From positions 14,825-78,824 of the forward strand of contig DMZH01000002.1 of NCBI GenBank assembly GCA_003484955.1: a DNA stretch of 64,000 nucleotides. The letters run 5' to 3'. Below are positions 9,436-18,561 of the stretch, piece after piece (the stretch's first letter is position 1; the number at the start of each line of letters is the position of its first letter). The notes beneath the pieces are model-generated. The model saw nothing but the letters and a program-made list of their open reading frames with translations, ran no database searches and was not told the DNA's origin. The stretch is from Candidatus Woesebacteria bacterium. Its GTDB lineage: Bacteria; Patescibacteriota; Microgenomatia; UBA8517. The position numbers and the translations under genes were made by a program.

Positions 9436-10178
9436 AACCTTATTTAAGTGTAGTAATACCGGCTTATAACGAAGAATATAATCTAAGAACTGGAGTTCTT
9501 GAAAGTGTTTATGGCTATCTTGATAAACAAAAGTATTCCTGGGAGATTCTTTTTGTTGATGATGGTTCCTCTGACGCGACAGCGAAGATTGCGGGGGAGT
9601 TCGCCAAAAAGCACAATAATTTCTTTGTTTTGAAAGAACCGCATAGAGGGAAGGGTGGAACGGTTATAGCGGGAATGCTTAGGGCAAAAGGGGAAATAAT
9701 TCTTTTCACCGACACCGACCAGGCAACCCCAATTGACCAGCTTGAAAAAATATTGCCAAAATTTAACAAAGGGTATGATGTTGTAATCGGATCTCGCCAC
9801 GGAAGGGAAGGGGCGCCCCTGGTTCGAAAGATTATGGCGTACGGATTTTCTCTTCTCAGGCTCTTGGTCTTAAGGCTGCCCTTCAAAGATACACAGTGCG
9901 GGTTCAAAGCTTTTACAGACTCAGCCTCTCGGGAAACTTTTAAACGATTAAGGCTTTTCAAGGCAGATGGTGAAAGTTCCGGAGCTTCGGTTACAGCCGG
10001 CTTTGATTTGGAGATACTCTATGTTGCACGGAAGCTGGGATATAAAATTGCGGAAGTTCCGGTTGATTGGCATCATAAAGAGGGAACTAAAGTCGATCCC
10101 ATTAAAGATTCGATAGAAGGTTTAAAAGGACTTCTTTCGGTTCGTATTAACGCACTTCAGGGAAAATATAAGGTCTAG
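9432..10178 (+). CDS. GT2 polyprenyl-phosphate hexose synthase (DPM1-like)
   Basis: LSVVIPAYNEEYNL...ILFVDDGSSDAT...FTDTDQATP...CGFKAF. ATGA overlap with the upstream GT-C gene. Confidence 0.8.
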   Translation: MKPYLSVVIPAYNEEYNLRTGVLESVYGYLDKQKYSWEILFVDDGSSDATAKIAGEFAKKHNNFFVLKEPHRGKGGTVIAGMLRAKGEIILFTDTDQATPIDQLEKILPKFNKGYDVVIGSRHGREGAPLVRKIMAYGFSLLRLLVLRLPFKDTQCGFKAFTDSASRETFKRLRLFKADGESSGASVTAGFDLEILYVARKLGYKIAEVPVDWHHKEGTKVDPIKDSIEGLKGLLSVRINALQGKYKV

Positions 10179-10418
10179 TTTTGTAATTTATTACACCTAT
10201 TCAAATCTGATTTGAAGAGACACTCTAAGGACATTGGCCAGTCTTTTTAAGGCTGTCTCTATTTCATGTCTATCCGTTCTATTTTTCTTTTTTCTAAAAC
10301 CGTGTAGTAGGAGAAACGATTTGTTAGCTATTGCAATATAAAATATTCTTGAAATGACATAAGAAATACAGACCAAACAAGTCAGGCTATATTCCTGTAT
10401 TCCTACGCAATTACTATA

Positions 10419-10826
10419 TCATAGTAATTTATCCAATATATTTTCTGTTCCTGGAAGGAGTGGTAGCTTTATGGCTTCATCTTTGTTAAACCAGCCAAAA
10501 GAAATGTGTTCATCACTGGTTTTTATTTTGCTCGAAACTACTTTTGCATCAAAAACAATTCTAAAACATAAGTATTTTAGCCCCTTAGCTTCAATTTCGT
10601 TATAAGTTACAGTGTTCATTTTTATTTGGGATACTTTTACTCCAGTCTCCTCTTTAACTTCCCTTTCAAGGGCACCTAAAGGCAGTTCGTCTTCTTCCAA
10701 CTTACCCTCTACCAGCTGCCAATGCCCGGGATATGAACTTTTTTTACTCCTCTGTAGAAGTAGTACTTTATCTTTTTCATTTTTTATAATTGCGCTGACT
10801 ATAATTAATACTTTATCGATGATCAT
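10419..10826 (-). CDS. NUDIX hydrolase
   Basis: The Nudix box GHWQLVEGKLEEDELPLGALEREVKEETG fits GX5EX7REUXEEXGU. Confidence 0.85.
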   Translation of the reverse strand: MIIDKVLIIVSAIIKNEKDKVLLLQRSKKSSYPGHWQLVEGKLEEDELPLGALEREVKEETGVKVSQIKMNTVTYNEIEAKGLKYLCFRIVFDAKVVSSKIKTSDEHISFGWFNKDEAIKLPLLPGTENILDKLL

Positions 10827-10850
10827 AGGGTAAGTATATCATTGTAATTT

Positions 10851-10879
10851 TTGATAATCCCCAACTTCTTTATTATAAT
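10851..10879 (+). promoter_or_regulatory. sigma70-type promoter, TTGATA-17 nt-TATAAT, 8 nt upstream of the ATG at 10888 (leaderless transcript predicted)
   Basis: Read directly: TTGATA at 10851-10856, a 17-nt spacer, TATAAT at 10874-10879, then cacttacc and the ATG. No SD is possible in 8 nt. Confidence 0.5.
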
Positions 10880-10887
10880 CACTTACC

Positions 10888-11745
10888 ATGATAGAAAATC
10901 CGGAAAAACAGAGAGATTTTGGCTGGCGATACTTTCACTTTATCGACAAGGCTGGTTCTCGTATTAACTTAGTTGAACATAAGACAGATATATTTGGCCT
11001 AGAAGCAAAACCTTATATGACCATGGTCGCCAAAGCTCCCGACACAGAACCTGTGCGTTTCAAAGGGGAACCGAATGTCGTTTGGGAACGAGGTGTCGGC
11101 AATCAAAGTGGAAAATTTGATTTTGTGTTTGATAACGCAAGGTTTAATGGAGAAATAACTGACACACTTGAGCATAAAGAGTTGAAGGACGTAGTTTTGT
11201 ATGAAGACAAATTAAGAAGGAAAAGTCACTGGGCAGTTGATATTCCATATGGAAAAATAACTGGAGAACTACGAACACCACAAGGTGAAAAGGAAATAAC
11301 AGGTTATGTATATCAAGACCGGCAATGGGGAAATATTTTAATACAAGAGTGGGTTAAAAATTGGATATGGACACATCTAGCTAACGAAAATTTATTTGTC
11401 GTAATTTTTTGCATCAATGCAACAAACGGGCAAAAATCCTGGCACTCAATAAGCAGCTTGGGTCAAAATGTTTCTGTGGATCATGATTTTGAAGTACCAC
11501 ACTTTCCAAAACTAGCTAATTCAAGTAACCCTGACGCTAACATTTTCCAAGCGGAGATAAAAATACCAGGCAAATTATCGACAGTGTTTACTTTGTCTCC
11601 TCAAAATGTTATGAGGTCTAGAATTGGAGAGAAGCATCCTGGCTTCTCAGCTAGTTATGTTCGTTGGTCAGTTGACGGCATTACTAACCAATCAGAAGAA
11701 ACTGCACAGGGAGTTGCTGAATATATGAGCATACAAAAATTATGA
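10888..11745 (+). CDS. hypothetical soluble protein, possibly AttH/CrtC-like lipocalin-domain hydratase family
   Basis: No TM segments. GYVYQDRQWGNI...WIWTHL resembles the D-x-Q-W-G followed by W-x-W pattern I recall from AttH/CrtC N-terminal domains. Assignment is tentative. Confidence 0.4.
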   Translation: MIENPEKQRDFGWRYFHFIDKAGSRINLVEHKTDIFGLEAKPYMTMVAKAPDTEPVRFKGEPNVVWERGVGNQSGKFDFVFDNARFNGEITDTLEHKELKDVVLYEDKLRRKSHWAVDIPYGKITGELRTPQGEKEITGYVYQDRQWGNILIQEWVKNWIWTHLANENLFVVIFCINATNGQKSWHSISSLGQNVSVDHDFEVPHFPKLANSSNPDANIFQAEIKIPGKLSTVFTLSPQNVMRSRIGEKHPGFSASYVRWSVDGITNQSEETAQGVAEYMSIQKL

Positions 11746-12317
11746 CAGCTGAAAATAAACAAATAGTCTTCCTGGCTGGTTATAGCGCTGCTGGCAAATC
11801 AACTTTGGCAAAAGAAATGCGCGACAACTGGGATTATACTCTGGTAGAACATCAGCCATTAGTTCACGGTATAGCTTCTAGAAAAGGTTTTAAGAGAGCT
11901 CGCCATTGGCTAGCTGGGGTGGGAGTAGAGAAATTCGCCGAAGAATCAGCGAATGAAATGGTATCGAGAACCAAAAACGTTCTTAAGGAAGGAAAGATAA
12001 GGGTTGTATTCGATGTTGCTTACGGAGTAAAAATGTTGGAACTTTTCCAAAGCGAATTTCCCGATATTTACAAATTGGTTGTTTCTGTGATTGCCGACGA
12101 AGATACTAGAACGTTAAATATTCAAAAAAGAATGGGTACCGAATCCACCGACGAAGCTCAAAAAGAACTACATTTCAGGGATAGATTCTTACGAGAGGTT
12201 GGTCTTGATGAAGTATTACAACGGAGTGATATCAAAGTAACTAATAAAGATAAACAGATTGGAGAAGTTGCCTCTGAATTAAATAAGCTCATAGCAGAAT
12301 ACCTCTCAGAAAAATAA
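11742..12317 (+). CDS. small P-loop NTPase/kinase (AAA_33-like, nucleoside or small-molecule kinase fold)
   Basis: Walker A motif FLAGYSAAGKSTLAKE. Length of 191 aa is typical of NMP-kinase-like proteins. ATGA-coupled to the upstream gene. Confidence 0.65.
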   Translation: MTAENKQIVFLAGYSAAGKSTLAKEMRDNWDYTLVEHQPLVHGIASRKGFKRARHWLAGVGVEKFAEESANEMVSRTKNVLKEGKIRVVFDVAYGVKMLELFQSEFPDIYKLVVSVIADEDTRTLNIQKRMGTESTDEAQKELHFRDRFLREVGLDEVLQRSDIKVTNKDKQIGEVASELNKLIAEYLSEK

Positions 12318-12612
12318 AGGGTCAATTTCATACGTTATAGGACATAAAAATCAACACATTATTCCTTTAATATGTCTAAGATGTCAATTATCCTGGCGCG
12401 TGTCTTCGTGTCGAAATTTTGAATAAAGTCAAAAACAGGGGATTTATTGGATCTTGTTTTGTAATAAAAAAATACACCATTTCTTAACCATATAATATAT
12501 TCAGTATATCATAATCTGGAATATTTAATTTCGGTTACAATATAATATTGATTTTCCTTTTACGGCGACTTATCAGGTCGAAGAGTGAAGTAATTCGTGT
12601 TACAATTTAGGC

Positions 12613-13512
12613 GTGGTCTCTAAAATTTCGGTTGTAATTAACACTCTTAACGAAGAAAAGAATATTTCTAGGGCAATTTTATCGGTTAAGGGTTTTGCGG
12701 ACGAGATTGTCGTTGTTGATATGGAATCGAACGACAAAACCTGCGAAATTTCCGAAAAACTTGGCGCCAAGATATTTACTCATAAAAAAACAGGTTATGT
12801 GGAACCTGCCAGGAATTTTGCGATTTCAAAAGCAACCGGGGATTGGGTTTTGATTTTGGATGCGGATGAAGAAATTCCTCAAACTCTGGCAAAAAAAATA
12901 AAGGATATAGTAAAAAGTCCCAAAGCCGATTATTTCAGGATACCCCGAAAAAATATTATTTTTGGGAGTTGGATAGAACACACTCTTTGGTGGCCTGACT
13001 ACCAGATTAGATTGTTTAGAAAAGGTAAAGTAACCTGGAACGAGCTGATCCACGCAGTTCCCATAACAGTGGGCAGCGGTGCTGACATAGCGGCTGAGGA
13101 GAAGTATGCGATATTACACCACAATTATGACTTTACGGAACAGTATTTAGAAAGACTCAATCGCTACACATCGGTTCAGTCGAATCTTTTGGTAAAAGAC
13201 GGCTACAATTTTGCTTGGACGGATTTAATTAGAAAACCGTTAAAGGAATTCTCCAATCGTTACTTCGCAGGAGAGGGATACAAAGATGGCGTTCACGGTT
13301 TAGTCCTGTCCCTTCTCCAGGCCTTTTCGGAACTCACGGTTTATATAAAAGTCTGGCAAAAAAGCGGTTTCAAGGAAGAAAAAGCGGGTATTCTGGAAGT
13401 TGTTTCTGAAATGAAAAAGGGAGAAAAAGAACTGCATTTTTGGCAAAATGATTCACTTTATAAAAAAACAGGAAACATCAAATACAGAATCCGCAAAAAA
13501 CTAAAGATTTAA
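12613..13512 (+). CDS. GT2 glycosyltransferase, KdtX/WaaE-like
   Basis: SVVINTLNEEKNI...ILDADEE...WWPDYQIRLFRKGKVTW matches the WaaE/KdtX-type W-PD-x-RLF motif. GTG start is the only in-frame start upstream of the conserved N-terminus. Confidence 0.8.
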   Translation: MVSKISVVINTLNEEKNISRAILSVKGFADEIVVVDMESNDKTCEISEKLGAKIFTHKKTGYVEPARNFAISKATGDWVLILDADEEIPQTLAKKIKDIVKSPKADYFRIPRKNIIFGSWIEHTLWWPDYQIRLFRKGKVTWNELIHAVPITVGSGADIAAEEKYAILHHNYDFTEQYLERLNRYTSVQSNLLVKDGYNFAWTDLIRKPLKEFSNRYFAGEGYKDGVHGLVLSLLQAFSELTVYIKVWQKSGFKEEKAGILEVVSEMKKGEKELHFWQNDSLYKKTGNIKYRIRKKLKI

Positions 13513-13514
13513 AA

Positions 13515-14450
13515 ATGTCTAAATCCCCAAAAGTTTCGATTGTTATTTTAACCGCTAACTCTCTTGAAATGACAAAAGAGCAACTCATTGATGTTGCCAA
13601 ACTTGACACAAAGAGTATCCAAGCCGAATGTCTAATTGTCGACAATGGTAGCAACGACGGAACCGAAGAAAATCTTAAAAATTATAAACTTCCGAATATG
13701 GATTATAAATTTATCGAAACCGGGGAAAATTTGGGGTTTGCCGGCGGAAATAATGTTGGCACAAAAGATTCTCTTAAGCATGGATCCGACTATGTGATAT
13801 TAATGAATAATGATCTGATTTTGCCGAAAGATGTTGTTGTGAAATTAGTGGATTTCATGGAGGGGAATCCGGAAGTTGGAATTGCCTCACCCAAAATATA
13901 TTTTGCCAAGGGATATGAATTTCACAAAAACAGATATAAAGAGGGAGACTTGGGAAAAGTGTTTTGGTATGCAGGGGGAATAATTGATAGAAAGAATGCC
14001 TATTCAAGTCATAAAGGAGTGGATGAAGTCGACCGTGGACAATATGACAATGCGGCAGAGACGGATTTTGCAAACGGTGCGTGTGCGATAATCCGCAGCG
14101 GGATTTTTGAAAAAGTGGGATTTTTGGATTCATCATTTTTTCTTTATTGGGAAGACGCGGATTTTAGTCAGAGAATTAAAAATGCAGGCTATAAAGTAAT
14201 GTATTATCCTGGTACACATCTCTGGCACAAAGTTTCGGCATCGACCGGGGGTTCGGGGAGTACAACCAACGATTATTTTTTGACGCGAAACAGATTTTAT
14301 TTTGCAATGAGATATTTGGCGTCAAGAACAAAGTTTGCTGTTTTCAGAGATACGATAAAACTTGTGTTTACCGGAAGAAAGTGGCAAAGATGGGGGGCAA
14401 TTGATGCCCTCTTGGGTGTAAAAGGAATGGGGGCGTGGAGAAAGCGATGA
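13515..14450 (+). CDS. GT2 glycosyltransferase (rhamnosyl/galactosyl-transferase-like)
   Basis: VSIVILTANSLEMT...CLIVDNGSNDGT...GFAGGNN...LMNNDL...WEDADF. Classical GT2_2 architecture. Confidence 0.8.
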   Translation: MSKSPKVSIVILTANSLEMTKEQLIDVAKLDTKSIQAECLIVDNGSNDGTEENLKNYKLPNMDYKFIETGENLGFAGGNNVGTKDSLKHGSDYVILMNNDLILPKDVVVKLVDFMEGNPEVGIASPKIYFAKGYEFHKNRYKEGDLGKVFWYAGGIIDRKNAYSSHKGVDEVDRGQYDNAAETDFANGACAIIRSGIFEKVGFLDSSFFLYWEDADFSQRIKNAGYKVMYYPGTHLWHKVSASTGGSGSTTNDYFLTRNRFYFAMRYLASRTKFAVFRDTIKLVFTGRKWQRWGAIDALLGVKGMGAWRKR

Positions 14451-15166
14451 AAAAAACAATTTCAGCAATTATTTTAATTGGCCGGAACTACGATAAAAAC
14501 CTACTTAAAAAGTGTTTGGATTCTGTAGTCTGGTGCGATGAAATAGTTAAAGTTGAAACAGAGAGTATAAAAGGAAGTTTTTCCGAGTGGAGAAATGAGG
14601 GAGCAAATAGGTCTAAAAGCGATTGGTTTTTTTATGTTGACACTGATGAAGAGGTAACACCGGAGTTGAGATTAGAGATAGGGAAAGAGATGGATGATGG
14701 AAACTTTGTCGCATATGCGATTCCCCGTAGAAACAAATTCTTGGGTCACGTCATGCACTGGGGTGGCTGGTACCCGGACTTTGTATTAAGGCTTATTAGA
14801 AAAGACAAATTAAAAGGTTGGTTCGGAGAACTTCATGAACAGCCTTTAATTGATGGGGCAGTGGGACATCTGAAACATCCGCTTCTTCACGACAGTCATC
14901 GGAATCTACATGACATGGTGGAAAAGACAAATAAATGGTCTGAAATTGAGGCGAATCTTTTGTATAAATCGGGACACCCGAGGATGAATTTTATTAGATT
15001 TTGCTCAGCGGGTTTTAGAGAATTTTGGTACAGGGGAGTCGTGAAGTTGGGTTTTCTAGATGGCACGGTGGGAATAATCGAAATCGTATATCAAATGTAT
15101 AGCAGGCTGATTACCTATTCCAAGCTTTGGGAGAAACAACTAAACAAAAAGAAAGGAGTTTCATGA
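14447..15166 (+). CDS. GT2 glycosyltransferase, KdtX/WaaE-like
   Basis: ISAIILIGRNYD...YVDTDEEV...WYPDFVLRLIRKDKLKGW. ATGA overlap with the upstream gene. Confidence 0.75.
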   Translation: MKKTISAIILIGRNYDKNLLKKCLDSVVWCDEIVKVETESIKGSFSEWRNEGANRSKSDWFFYVDTDEEVTPELRLEIGKEMDDGNFVAYAIPRRNKFLGHVMHWGGWYPDFVLRLIRKDKLKGWFGELHEQPLIDGAVGHLKHPLLHDSHRNLHDMVEKTNKWSEIEANLLYKSGHPRMNFIRFCSAGFREFWYRGVVKLGFLDGTVGIIEIVYQMYSRLITYSKLWEKQLNKKKGVS

Positions 15167-16197
15167 AAGCAGCTATATTCAATCCGTATCTGGATACAAT
15201 GGGAGGAGGAGAGCGCTATACGCTAGGTTTTGCCAATGTGTTGGCAAAAAATGGGTATTGTGTTGACCTGGAATGGAAAGACCCGGAAATCAAAAAAACC
15301 CTTGAAGAAAGATTTGGAATGAACCTTGGTAATATCAATATAATTTCCGATGTCAAAAAAGGCGACGGATACGATCTTTGTTTTTGGGTTTCTGATGGGA
15401 GCATCCCTTTGATGCACAGCAGGCGCAATATTCTCCATTTTCAAGTGCCGTTCCACGACGTAAACGGAAAAAGTCTGATCAATAGGATGAAGCTTTTTAG
15501 AATAAATAAAGTTGTTTGCAACTCAAACTTCACTAAAAATGTTATCGATAAAGAATTCGGAATAAAAAGCATCGTTGTCTATCCGCCGGTCGATACGGGG
15601 AGCTTTAAGCCGAAAAGAAAAGAAAATTTAATTTTGTATGTCGGAAGATTCTCTCAAATCTTGCAGAATAAGGGACAGGATGTTTTGATCTCGGCGTTTA
15701 AAAAATTATATAACAGGGGTTTTAAAGACTGGAAATTTGTTTTAGCCGGTGGAACCGAAGTGGGGGTGGGGGAGGGATTTACCCAACTAAAAAAACTTAC
15801 CGCGGGGTATCCAATAGAAATTATAGAAAGTCCGGACTTTAACGTGCTGAAAGACCTATATGGAAAAGCAAAAATCTATTGGAGTGCATCTGGAGTTAAT
15901 CAGAATGAGAATGTCAGTCCTGAAAAAGTAGAACATTTTGGCATTACGGTGGTAGAGGCAATGTCCGCTGGGGGAATTCCAATAGTTTTTAATGGGGGAG
16001 GGCATAAAGAGATTGTTGAAGAATCCGTAAGTGGGTATTTATGGAAATCTTCGGAGGAGTTGGTGAGAAAAACCGTTAAGCTAATCAGCAATAATAAACA
16101 ATTTCATATGTTCGAAATAAATGCAATAAAAAAATCAGGGGAGTATTCTCTTACCAATTTTGAAAATAACGTAATCTCTTATATACTTCGAAAATGA
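15163..16197 (+). CDS. GT4 (GT-B, retaining) glycosyltransferase
   Basis: EX7E motif EHFGITVVEAMSAGGIPIV. N-terminal GGGERYT. ATGA overlap. Confidence 0.8.
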   Translation: MKAAIFNPYLDTMGGGERYTLGFANVLAKNGYCVDLEWKDPEIKKTLEERFGMNLGNINIISDVKKGDGYDLCFWVSDGSIPLMHSRRNILHFQVPFHDVNGKSLINRMKLFRINKVVCNSNFTKNVIDKEFGIKSIVVYPPVDTGSFKPKRKENLILYVGRFSQILQNKGQDVLISAFKKLYNRGFKDWKFVLAGGTEVGVGEGFTQLKKLTAGYPIEIIESPDFNVLKDLYGKAKIYWSASGVNQNENVSPEKVEHFGITVVEAMSAGGIPIVFNGGGHKEIVEESVSGYLWKSSEELVRKTVKLISNNKQFHMFEINAIKKSGEYSLTNFENNVISYILRK

Positions 16198-16847
16198 ATT
16201 TTGGTAATTTGACAGCGGAAGATCTTCATAAAAATGTTCCGAAAAACTGGTATTTTGAGTCGATCAGGGTTGACCTGTTCCAAAGATTTTGGCACAGGCG
16301 AAGGTTTAAAGAAGTTTCCTCAATTATTGATCCGGTAAAAAATAAGATCTTGGATATTGGATGTAATGACGGTACTTTTTCGAAAGTAATTATTGATAAG
16401 TCAGGAGTCTCAAAACTAATTGGTATAGATGTAGTTAAAAAAACTGTCGAATGGGCGAATAAGCACTGGAAGAAAACCGGAAGAATGAAGTTTATGGTTG
16501 CCGATGCCGAAAAACTTCCATTTCCTGCACAAACTTTTGGTGCGGTTTTTGCATTGGAAGTTTTGGAGCATGTTTTTGATCCTGAAAGAGTTTTGTTGAA
16601 TGTTAAGCGTGTTCTTAAAAAAGATGGCTATGCCATTTTCTTGGTACCGTCGGACAATCTTCTCTTTAGAATTATCTGGTTTTTATGGCTGCATTTTTAT
16701 CCTAGAGGCAAGATCTGGCGTGAAACTCACATTCAAACATATAGAGGCAATTTTTTGGTCAAGATTTCAAAGAAAGTTGGGTTTAAAATAGTGGTAGACA
16801 AAAAATTCCTTTTAGGTATGCTACATCTTGTCAAAGTTAAAAAATGA
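16194..16847 (+). CDS. class I SAM-dependent methyltransferase
   Basis: Motif I ILDIGCNDGTF. Acidic post-I residue and motif II VFALEVLEHV. ATGA overlap. Confidence 0.75.
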   Translation: MNFGNLTAEDLHKNVPKNWYFESIRVDLFQRFWHRRRFKEVSSIIDPVKNKILDIGCNDGTFSKVIIDKSGVSKLIGIDVVKKTVEWANKHWKKTGRMKFMVADAEKLPFPAQTFGAVFALEVLEHVFDPERVLLNVKRVLKKDGYAIFLVPSDNLLFRIIWFLWLHFYPRGKIWRETHIQTYRGNFLVKISKKVGFKIVVDKKFLLGMLHLVKVKK

Positions 16848-17737
16848 AAAAATACGAAGTTTCGGTTGTAATTCCAAATTTCAACGGTGAAAAGCTTTTA
16901 GAAAAAAATTTGCCGTTTCTTTTGAAGGCAAAAGAGAATCCTGACAACTGCATAGTGGAAATTATAATAGTTGACGATGACTCCCAGGACGGCAGTGTCA
17001 AGCTTATTACTAAGATTTTTCCCGAAATAAGACTCATCAAACACAAGATTAACCGTGGTTTTTCTGCTGCAGTAAACACCGGGGTTAGAATGGCAAAAGG
17101 TGATCTGGTGCTTCTAATGAACACCGACGTTGTTCCGTCAGAAAACTTTCTGGTTCCTGTTTTTAAACATTTTGATAACGAAAAAGTCTTTGCGGTTTCT
17201 TTGCATGAGAAAGGTTTTGGCTGGGCTAAAGGTAGTTTTTCAGCGGGCTACATTCAATTAGGAATGGGTGAGGAGTCGGAAGCGGCACACTCAAGTTTTT
17301 ATGTAAGCGGTGGAAGTGGAGTTTTCAGACGGGCTTATTGGATGAAGCTTTCCGGAATGGATGAAAAATTGTTTTCGCCTTTTTATTGGGAAGATATTGA
17401 TCTTTGCTACAGGGCCGGGAAAAGAGGCTATATAAATTTGTGGGAGCCGGAAGCGAAAGTGGAGCATAATCATGAGTCTACAATTAGTAAATTTCCAAAA
17501 TCATACGTACAAAGAATAAGGGAAAGAAATCAACTTCTCCTTATTTGGAAAAATATTCACAGCCCGAAATTTATTCGTAATCATGCACTTGGAGTTTTGA
17601 GAAGACTTCTCAGACACCCCGGATATATAAGGGTTGTTTTTATGGCTCTTGGAAAACTGGGGATTGTTATGAAGGAAAGAAGGAAGGAAATAAAATTAAG
17701 CAAAGTTTCAGATGAAGCAATATTTATGCGTTTTTAA
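16844..17737 (+). CDS. GT2 glycosyltransferase
   Basis: VSVVIPNFNGEKLL...IIVDDDSQDGS...NRGFSAAVNTG...LMNTDV...WEDIDL. Confidence 0.8.
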   Translation: MKKYEVSVVIPNFNGEKLLEKNLPFLLKAKENPDNCIVEIIIVDDDSQDGSVKLITKIFPEIRLIKHKINRGFSAAVNTGVRMAKGDLVLLMNTDVVPSENFLVPVFKHFDNEKVFAVSLHEKGFGWAKGSFSAGYIQLGMGEESEAAHSSFYVSGGSGVFRRAYWMKLSGMDEKLFSPFYWEDIDLCYRAGKRGYINLWEPEAKVEHNHESTISKFPKSYVQRIRERNQLLLIWKNIHSPKFIRNHALGVLRRLLRHPGYIRVVFMALGKLGIVMKERRKEIKLSKVSDEAIFMRF

Positions 17738-17745
17738 TAATTGAT

Positions 17746-18561
17746 ATGGAACTCTCAATTGTTATTGTTAACTTTAATACAAAAGACTTAACTGTTGGTT
17801 GCCTTAGATCAATTGAAAAGGAAGGGAAAGACTTATCTTTTGAAGTACTTTTGACGGATAATGGCAGCAGCGACGGGTCGGTTGAAGCATTCAAAAAAAT
17901 AAAAGAAGAAAAATTTTGGAGGAATAGGTTTACTTTAATTTTAAATGACAGCAATGCAGGATACGCCAAGGCCAATAATCAGGGAATTAATAGGGCAAAA
18001 GGAAAATATCTTTTGCTTTTAAATAGCGACACGGTTGTTCATGAACATGCTCTTCAGAGTTTATTAAGATTTGCAAAAGCTACACCTGATGCCGGAGTAA
18101 TCGGATCAAAACTTTTAAATATAGACGGGACTTTACAGATGTCCTGCTATAATTTTCCGACAATTGGAAACGCTATAAAAGAATATTGGTTCGGACAAAA
18201 AGGTCTTTTTGAAAAATTTGCGCCGATTGGTAAGAAGCCCGTTGTGGTGGATTCTGTCGTTGGCGCGGCTTTTTTAATAACTCCTGAGGCGAGGAGTAGA
18301 GTCGGTATCTTGGATGAACGCTACTTTGCATACTTTGAAGATATAGATTATTGCAGGCAGGTTTGGAAAAAGGGATTAAAAGTATATTATCTACCGGACT
18401 CCGTAATTACTCATTATCACGGGGCAACTTTCAAGAAACTTGCCGATGAAGGGCAAAGGTGGAAAAAATTGATTCCATCGAGCAAGATCTATCATGGAAT
18501 TTTAAAACACTATATACTTAATGCAATCCTTTGGACAGGTCAGAAATGGCAAAAAAATTGA
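17746..18561 (+). CDS. GT2 glycosyltransferase
   Basis: LSIVIVNFNTKDLT...LLTDNGSSDGS...NAGYAKANNQG...LLNSDT...FEDIDY. Confidence 0.8.
   Translation: MELSIVIVNFNTKDLTVGCLRSIEKEGKDLSFEVLLTDNGSSDGSVEAFKKIKEEKFWRNRFTLILNDSNAGYAKANNQGINRAKGKYLLLLNSDTVVHEHALQSLLRFAKATPDAGVIGSKLLNIDGTLQMSCYNFPTIGNAIKEYWFGQKGLFEKFAPIGKKPVVVDSVVGAAFLITPEARSRVGILDERYFAYFEDIDYCRQVWKKGLKVYYLPDSVITHYHGATFKKLADEGQRWKKLIPSSKIYHGILKHYILNAILWTGQKWQKN

Noticed and set aside
9515-9961. 148-aa antisense ORF inside the GT2 gene 9432..10178. Similar antisense or alternate-frame ORFs occur at 47367..47861 (-, inside fcl), 20319..20762 (+), 22119..22499 (-) and 39568..39957 (-).
   Set aside because: They lie entirely within well-supported coding regions with strong family motifs on the other strand or frame, and their translations are low-complexity with no recognisable motifs. 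Treated as shadow ORFs.
10216-10260. Inverted repeat AGAGACA...TGTCTCT downstream of the GT2 gene ending at 10178, a possible terminator
   Set aside because: Only a 7-bp stem with a loop of about 31 nt and no following T-tract. Too weak to call.
10179-10418. Search for tRNA, small RNA or CRISPR repeats in the longest intergenic regions (10179-10418, 12318-12612, 54234-54432)
   Set aside because: No cloverleaf-compatible sequence (no GTTC-type T-arm with matching acceptor stem). No direct repeats with regular spacing. Only promoter-like AT-rich sequence. Nothing supportable.
10410-10428. Perfect 8-bp AT palindrome ATTACTAT-atc-ATAGTAAT spanning the NUDIX stop codon
   Set aside because: All-AT stem of low stability in an AT-rich genome; likely chance. 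No T-tract in the transcribed direction.
12372-12422. 16-codon mini-ORF (MSKMSIILARVFVSKF) in the 295-nt spacer before the GTG-start GT2
   Set aside because: No RBS or conservation evidence. Short ORFs of this size are expected by chance in AT-rich DNA.
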